A stretch of DNA of 64,000 nt from Octopus vulgaris (Eukaryota). Each line of letters begins with the position of its first letter. The stretch's first letter is position 1. The notes beneath the pieces were generated by a model. It did no database searches. It was not told the DNA's origin and saw only the letters and a list, made by a program, of their open reading frames with translations. Location: positions 120,342,001 to 120,406,000 of the forward strand of contig OX597820.1 of NCBI GenBank assembly GCA_951406725.2, written 5' to 3'. Both the position numbers and the translations under genes were made by a program. Below, piece after piece: positions 57,419 to 64,000 of this stretch.

Positions 57419-57841
57419 GAAAGAGAGAGAGGGAGGGAGGGAGGTAGAGTAGAACATAGACATCTAGAAAAAGTATGGTATGTAACACGTGATACGGAGT
57501 AATGTGCCGCCGGCACTGGGTGACCTCTGCCTGAAAAGACCCAAGTGTATTATATTCATTATACTTTGACCCTTAATATTTGTACTGAACAACGTCGTTC
57601 GGGGTTCAATCTTTCTCTCGGCCGTATTTGATGTCTGTCTTCAACTCTAGCCATGAACTCACCAATAACATGGAAAGTTATCAGAAACTGTTGTTGAGAA
57701 ACTTGTCGAATACTTGAACGAAAAAAAAATGGGGAAATAAGATGGCATAATAGGAAAAATACGAAGAAGGAAATCGTTTAACCCACTTCGGAATAATTTG
57801 CTTCGTGTCGTGAGTTTCAACTTATTGACTCTGGTTCTCCG

Positions 57842-57940
57842 TGACGACGACGATGCTGCAGCTGCTACTGATGATGATGATGATGATGATGATAATGGTG
57901 ATGGTGGTGATGGTGGCAGTGGTGGTGATGGTAGTGGTGG

Positions 57941-57993
<53 letters not shown>

Positions 57994-58040
57994 GTGATGG
58001 TGGTAGTGCTGGTGATGGTAGTGGTGGTGATGATGATGAA

Positions 58041-58084
<44 letters not shown>

Positions 58085-58103
58085 CGACGACGACGACGAC
58101 GAC

Positions 58104-58134
<31 letters not shown>

Positions 58135-58305
58135 GTGGTGATGATGATGATGGTGATGATGATGATGATTGTAGTAGTGGTAGTATAGCTGATGGTGATA
58201 GCGCTGATAAGTACCAATTCAACATTGGAATCAATGTAATCGACTGCAGCTACTTCTACCAAAATTCCAAGCCTATAGTAGAAAAGTTCGTCATGAACAT
58301 CATCA

Positions 58306-58359
<54 letters not shown>

Positions 58360-58400
58360 GTCGCCGTCATCATCATCACCATTATCATTATTATCATCAT
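57842..58400. repeat. (GAT/GGT)n tract followed by (CAT)n tract
   Basis: Direct reading; explains the poly-D/M/S/H ORFs. Confidence 0.9.
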
Positions 58401-58817
58401 CTTGACAGTGGCGATATGGTTCGTATAACATTAGAGATGATGATTATGATTTTAATCAAATATAAACTGAGATCATTTATTAGGCACCAATACGAGAGGT
58501 ATGATGATGCGTAGACTCTGCGAATAAATAATATATCCGTTGTGCGACAGTTATAATGTGTTACGGGTTCCATTGCCTTCGAAATCATATTTTATACATT
58601 TTCTCCCAAAATTATAAAATTCAACAATTTAGATTCTTTCCGTTGTTGAAGTTTATTGTACCATAAATCATAAATTTTTCATTCTTATATTTATCGGCTG
58701 CACCTTGTTGTAGACAAAGTTATTCAGCAAATATAACAGAATTCTCCTATAATGTGTTACGGGTCCCATTGCCTTCAAATAAAACAAGGAAAAATGAAAT
58801 TACGGTTGGTAACATAA

Positions 58818-59020
58818 GAAATTGATTGCATAAAAAATGTAATTCTTTCATTGGTTTTGTGAACGTTACTTATTTGCTGATAGGAAATCTTAATTTCAAG
58901 AATTATATTGGTGACTTCAGTATAACTAGGTTCCCGGACATCGCATGAAATTGATTGCATAAAAAATGTAATTCTTTCATTGGTTTTGTGAACGTTACAT
59001 ATTTGCTGATAGGAAATCTT
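58818..59020. repeat. 74-bp direct repeat pair (58818-58891 / 58947-59020)
   Basis: gaaattgattgcataaaaaatgtaattc..gataggaaatctt twice, one mismatch. Confidence 0.9.
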
Positions 59021-59186
59021 TCCAAACTCTAGAAAGAGACGAATACTTAGTTATCTTGCATGGTGGTTGTTGGCCTGAATATGAAAGAACAATATTGTAG
59101 GTAACATCAAGGGTATTTAAATTGCGTGCCTTTCAGAGATGCGATAATACCGCAGAGTTGAAGAGAATAGTTATTTACGTTGAGCA

Positions 59187-59423
59187 TCTCTTTACTCTTT
59201 TTACTCTTTTACTTGTTTCAGTTATTTGACTGTGGCCATGCTGGAGCACCGCCTTTAGTCGAGCAAATCGACCACAGGACTTATCCTTTGTAAGCCTAGT
59301 ACTTATTCTATCGGACTCTTTTGCCGAACCGCTAAGTGACGGGGACGTAAACAGACCAGCATCGGTTGCAAAGCGATGTTGGAGCGACAAACACAGACAC
59401 ACACACAAACACACACACACACA

Positions 59424-59474
<51 letters not shown>

Positions 59475-59637
59475 GACGGGCTTCTTTCTGTTTCCGTCTA
59501 CTAAATTCACTTACAAGGCTCTGGTCGGCCCGAGGCTATAGTAGAAGACACTTGCCCAAGGTGCCACGCAGTGGGACTGAACCCGGAACCCTGTGGTTCG
59601 TAAGCAAGCTACTTACCACACAACCACTCCTACGCCT
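59187..59637 (-). mobile_element. SINE family A
   Basis: Full reverse-complement copy. Confidence 0.9.
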
Positions 59638-60370
59638 CCTCTCTTTTTCCTGAACTATTCAAGATTAGAGACAATATAAAACTGAATACTACAAAGGAAA
59701 GAAATTTTAGGTGTCTGTAAGTTAAAATTACGCTTCTAGACATTATCTATATCGATATATCTTCAAATTTAGTAGCGGTTGATATATTTACAGAAATAAG
59801 TGTTGTAATTCTCTATGGAGCGAGAGATTTCCGAGTGAATAGAGGTTTCATAGTTTTACTGATGACATTTGAAAAACTTTGATACTCGAATTCCCCTGTT
59901 GACATTAATGTAGATTAAACGAATTATTCCATTTATTTTCTCCGCTTTACATGTCATTCCGAAAATAAATAAGTTCGCCCTAATTAAGGCCCGGAAGGAA
60001 TGCTAAAAGTTTTCGGCCCACAAAATATAAGTAGGTCATCATCTTTCCCTATGACTACCAGCATTTGGCAGTTTGTGCGCAATCTGTGCAATCAATATGA
60101 CAAATGGCCTTTATGCCAAGCAGAAAGTTCAGAAAAGACAATAAAATCTGCAACGTAGTCTGGCAATAAGCATCACTGAATGCCGTTCGGTTGAGTGAGA
60201 TTTCGAAAGCAACAAATCGGGGACAGTATTTCTATTTATACATGAAGTAAAGGAGTTTTAATAATTATTTCTTTCATTTAAAACCTGTTTTCAATCATCT
60301 GCACAAAATTAAGAGTAATATTCAGAAATTTAAATACTCTTAGACTTAATAGGTTAAATACAAAGAACTG

Positions 60371-60407
<37 letters not shown>

Positions 60408-61336
60408 ACACACAGGATAATTCAGAGGCAAAACTGCACGCAACAAGGTTAGGTATACGGATATGTCTATGGAAACGATGCAATCTTCGATATAACAAAT
60501 AGGTAATGGGTAACTATGCATGCTTCAGAAATCATTGCTCCTCTATCAGCCGCACATCTAATCCATCATCTATACGACGACTGCATTGCTTAAATACCCA
60601 GAATTGGACAGACTAATTTACAAATTAAATACATCCTCGGCCACAGCTCCGTACATATTAAAAGCTAGCATGGGTACAGTATTGCGTTTCGCAACTATAG
60701 TATATTAAATTAAAGACTACCAAGTGTACCAAAGGGTTACAAGTCAATATAGAGTATTACTTTTGTGTTAGCAGTGCGATATTTTCGCTCTTAAGTGTAT
60801 CTTCATACATTATCCATACAATTCAGAACCTGCGCGTACTGTCTATGATTACCGCTATGTAAGATATGATGTTGAAGATGGAAAATAAGGAAAGAGTGTA
60901 TATACACATTTCAGTAGTTATTGATTTTTCTTCAGACCCAATAACAACTCATTAACTATCTATGAACGCCTTTCTTAAATACCCACTGATTTTAGTAATG
61001 TAACACATTTAATAAACTTGTTAGTATAACAATTGTGTTACACCGCTAAACGTAATGGGCATTTAAGCGATGCTTCATGGATAGTTATTGGGTTGGATGT
61101 TGCGCTGATGAAAGTGCAATGATTCTTGTAATATTCGTATACAGGCATTACCTATTACTTACATGGTCGTATTCGTCTACTTGGCTTCTGGATCTGAATT
61201 CTAAGGAAAATCTACATAGTAAAACGTAAAAAAAAATTAGAAGTGACTGCTAATACAAAAGTAAGATACAATATAGAACTGTAAACCTTTAATTTGCTTA
61301 TGGCAGCAACACGAAATAGTCTGCCTTTCCTGGCAA

Positions 61337-61392
<56 letters not shown>

Positions 61393-61584
61393 GCACGGAC
61401 TTTGTCAGTGAACAGGTCGCGGATTTTAGCGACGAAAATATTTTTACAAATTAAACTTAAATGTTGAAGTGAATCGAACGGCTTTTGTGTGTTTCTTAAA
61501 TGGCTTATAAACACCTTCCACGCTGCAATTGTTTTCGTTTCAGCACACGATCTCAGATCAAATTACTTGCTATGCGAGTACATC

Positions 61585-61637
<53 letters not shown>

Positions 61638-61639
<2 letters not shown>

Positions 61640-61745
61640 CCTGCTCGCTTAGAAAGCGGGGGGGGCGTCATTCGAAGGCTAAAACAATGCGAAAGGATTG
61701 TGACCAGCGATGTGTAACAACATGTGATATTCTGGTCGGTCACGT

Positions 61746-61748
<3 letters not shown>
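61638..61748 (+). mobile_element. Isolated SINE tail type 3 inside a TA run
   Basis: Reverse-complement match to 40321-40440. Confidence 0.7.
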
Positions 61749-61795
<47 letters not shown>

Positions 61796-61952
61796 TTCTT
61801 CACTCTGATGAAGCTCCATGTTCCAGATCGGTGTTATTACCAAATATTTTTGTATATCAGTGCAAATACCATAAAACATTGGAAGCAGACACAGTAGTTT
61901 CCATTGAATCAATAAATAATAACTGATGTAGATCAATTGATGTTCATCAATA

Positions 61953-62113
61953 TCTCTCCTTGTTTCTCTCCTAGTTTTTTCTGTGTCCCTTTCTGTAGAA
62001 GAGTGTAGGCTCGAAACGTAAAATACTTTTTCTATTCCTGAGCGTTATACTAATACATCTCTTTGTTTTGTACACCACCCGTCTTCATCTTTTGTTTTTT
62101 GCGTAACTCTCCC
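61953..62113 (+). mobile_element. Element P2 with minimal hammerhead-like motif (61989-62024)
   Basis: cttt-ctgtaga-agagtgtaggctc-gaaa-cgta-aaa; ends ctctccc joined to a TA run. Confidence 0.7.
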
Positions 62114-62139
62114 TATATATATATATATATATATATAAA

Positions 62140-62390
62140 GGAATCTCTCTTCGATGGCGACGGGTGAGTGTCCGGCTTTTACCGAACGACCTGCATAAAT
62201 GATTTGTTTATATTGATTAAATGTTTGTACCTGTCAGATCAGGTGTCCAACGCACCAGGTGAGGAAACTATCGCTGAGCAACATGTGAGGAAGTGTTTTA
62301 GCTCAAAGACCCAACGCACCATCCGGTCTAGGAATTGAAACCACGATCTCGTGATCGTGAGTGCAATACTCTAACCGCTAAGCCGTGCGA
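62140..62390 (-). mobile_element. Degenerate tRNA-headed SINE related to the head at 9134
   Basis: Minus gcacggcttagcggttagagtattgcactcacgatc..ggtttcaattcc..tctttgagctaaaacactt. Confidence 0.6.
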
Positions 62391-62705
62391 CGTAACACAC
62401 ACACACCACACTGATATAGCGGAATGGATGTGATGCATGTTGATCATGCACACCGGAATCTGTGGGAATGAGTATTCGGAATTAACGGTAATCACGTGAT
62501 GCAATTTTCTTGCCCTAACGTTCACCTTTAATCTATGTGATGAAGAATTTACCAGGAATATGAAGAAATTTATCGAAATTTGGATCAACGAAACGAAACT
62601 GAGACGAATGAATGCGACCGGCCTGGATTACAGAAATGCCTTTGCTGTGTCCATGGCGCTTTGGTGATCTGTCATCTATGTTTGTTCCATTGGCACAACA
62701 TGTGC

Positions 62706-63094
62706 CAGGAGTGGCTGTGTGGTAAGTAGCTTGCTAACCAAGCACATGGTTACGGGTTCAGTCCCACTGCGTGGCATCTCGGGCAAGTGTCTTCTGCTAT
62801 AGCCCCGGGCCCACCAATGCCTTGTGAGTGGATGTGGTAGACGGAAACTGAAAGAAGCCTGTCGTATATATGTATATATATGTATGTGTGTGTGTGTTTG
62901 TTGCCCTAGCATTGCTTGACAACCGATGCTGGTGTCTTTACGTCCCCGTCACTTAGCGGTTCGGCAAAAAGAAACCGATAGAATAAGTACTGGGCTAACA
63001 AAGAATAAGTCCCGGGGTCGAGTTGCTCGATTTAAGGCGGTGCTCCAGCATGGCTGCAGTCAAATGACTGAAACAAAGTAGAAGAGTAAAGAGT
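62706..63094 (+). mobile_element. SINE family A
   Basis: Full copy. Confidence 0.9.
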
Positions 63095-63292
63095 ATGTGT
63101 AGAGCGTTTATAGTGACATTTGATGTTTTAACGTATTTTTCTTTCACGTCGTTCACATTTCTTATGGAATCAACCGGATTTGCGCCTGGTACTTTAACCT
63201 TCCCTGTCGTCCAACGCTCTGACGACAGACGAAATCATCATCACTGAACACCGTCTTCGGTATTGGACGAGGTTGTGGAGTTCATACTCGAA

Positions 63293-63410
63293 ATAGCAGC
63301 AGCAGCAGCAGTTATAGTGTTATCCGCGTCAGTCGCAAAAGTTTCTGACACTACAGCCGCAGAAGCAGTGACAGAGAAAGAAGTTGTAGTAGTAGTAGTA
63401 GTAGCAGTAA

Positions 63411-63461
<51 letters not shown>

Positions 63462-63605
63462 CAGCAGCAGCTGTAGTAGTAGTAGTAGTAACATTATTAT
63501 TAATATTATTATTAGTAGTAGTAGTAGTAGTAGTAGTAGCAGTAGCAGCAGCAGTGGCAGCAGCACCAGCAGTAATAGTACTAGCAGCAGCAGCAGTATT
63601 AGTAT

Positions 63606-63650
<45 letters not shown>

Positions 63651-63680
63651 CAGTAGCAGCAGCAACAGTAGTAGTAGTAA

Positions 63681-63775
<95 letters not shown>

Positions 63776-63822
63776 ATAGTAGTGATGGTGGTGGTGTTGG
63801 TGGTGGTGGCGGTGGTAGTGGC
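63293..63822. repeat. (TAG)n/(CAG)n/(TTA)n compound microsatellite
   Basis: Direct reading; explains the poly-V/L ORFs. Confidence 0.95.
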
Positions 63823-64000
63823 TGTATCTTATTTTGAAGGGATTATTATAAGGAAATTACGATTAACTTAATTCCTAATCAGATATATACCTTCTCCTAT
63901 CTTGGAATCATAGCAGCTGGATTTTGATTTTTAATCAACTCAAGATTCTTCAAGTTAACATAGTGATTACCAGCCATAACAGTTACTGCCATCCAACCAA

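Noticed and set aside
57798-58514. 238-aa D/G/H-rich ORF resembling a biomineral or acidic protein
   Set aside because: Built from GAT/GGT/CAT repeats open in several frames, and includes a SINE B fragment near 58205-58245.
61801-61900. Hammerhead-like ctgatga with a long stem II
   Set aside because: GAAA and stem III are not intact; at most a fossil.
63263-63871. 202-aa V/A/L-rich ORF resembling a membrane protein
   Set aside because: Compound TAG/CAG microsatellite.

Overview
AT-rich, microsatellite-saturated eukaryotic DNA with no recognisable host exon. The repeat repertoire (tRNA-headed SINEs with internal (TA)n/(TG)n tracts, R4/Dong-like, CR1-like, RTE-like and Tx1-like LINE remnants, Penelope-like fragments, maT/mariner remnants, Helitron-like elements) is what I would expect of an octopus/cephalopod intron or intergenic region; the taxon is an inference. 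Almost all listed ORFs are microsatellite or repeat read-throughs. The most notable feature is a non-coding ~488-bp tandem array (24113-26480, ~4.8 near-identical copies). On the minus strand each unit carries a type I hammerhead ribozyme fold (intact in copies 1-4, mutated in copy 5). The array sits inside a (TA)n tract and ends in an inverted piece of its own unit, like a retrozyme or non-autonomous Penelope-like element. At least four other (TA)n-adjacent families in the window carry hammerhead-like motifs, two with the same head-to-head inversion, and a decayed Penelope-type GIY-YIG endonuclease is present. All structures were read by eye; no folding, alignment or database search was run.
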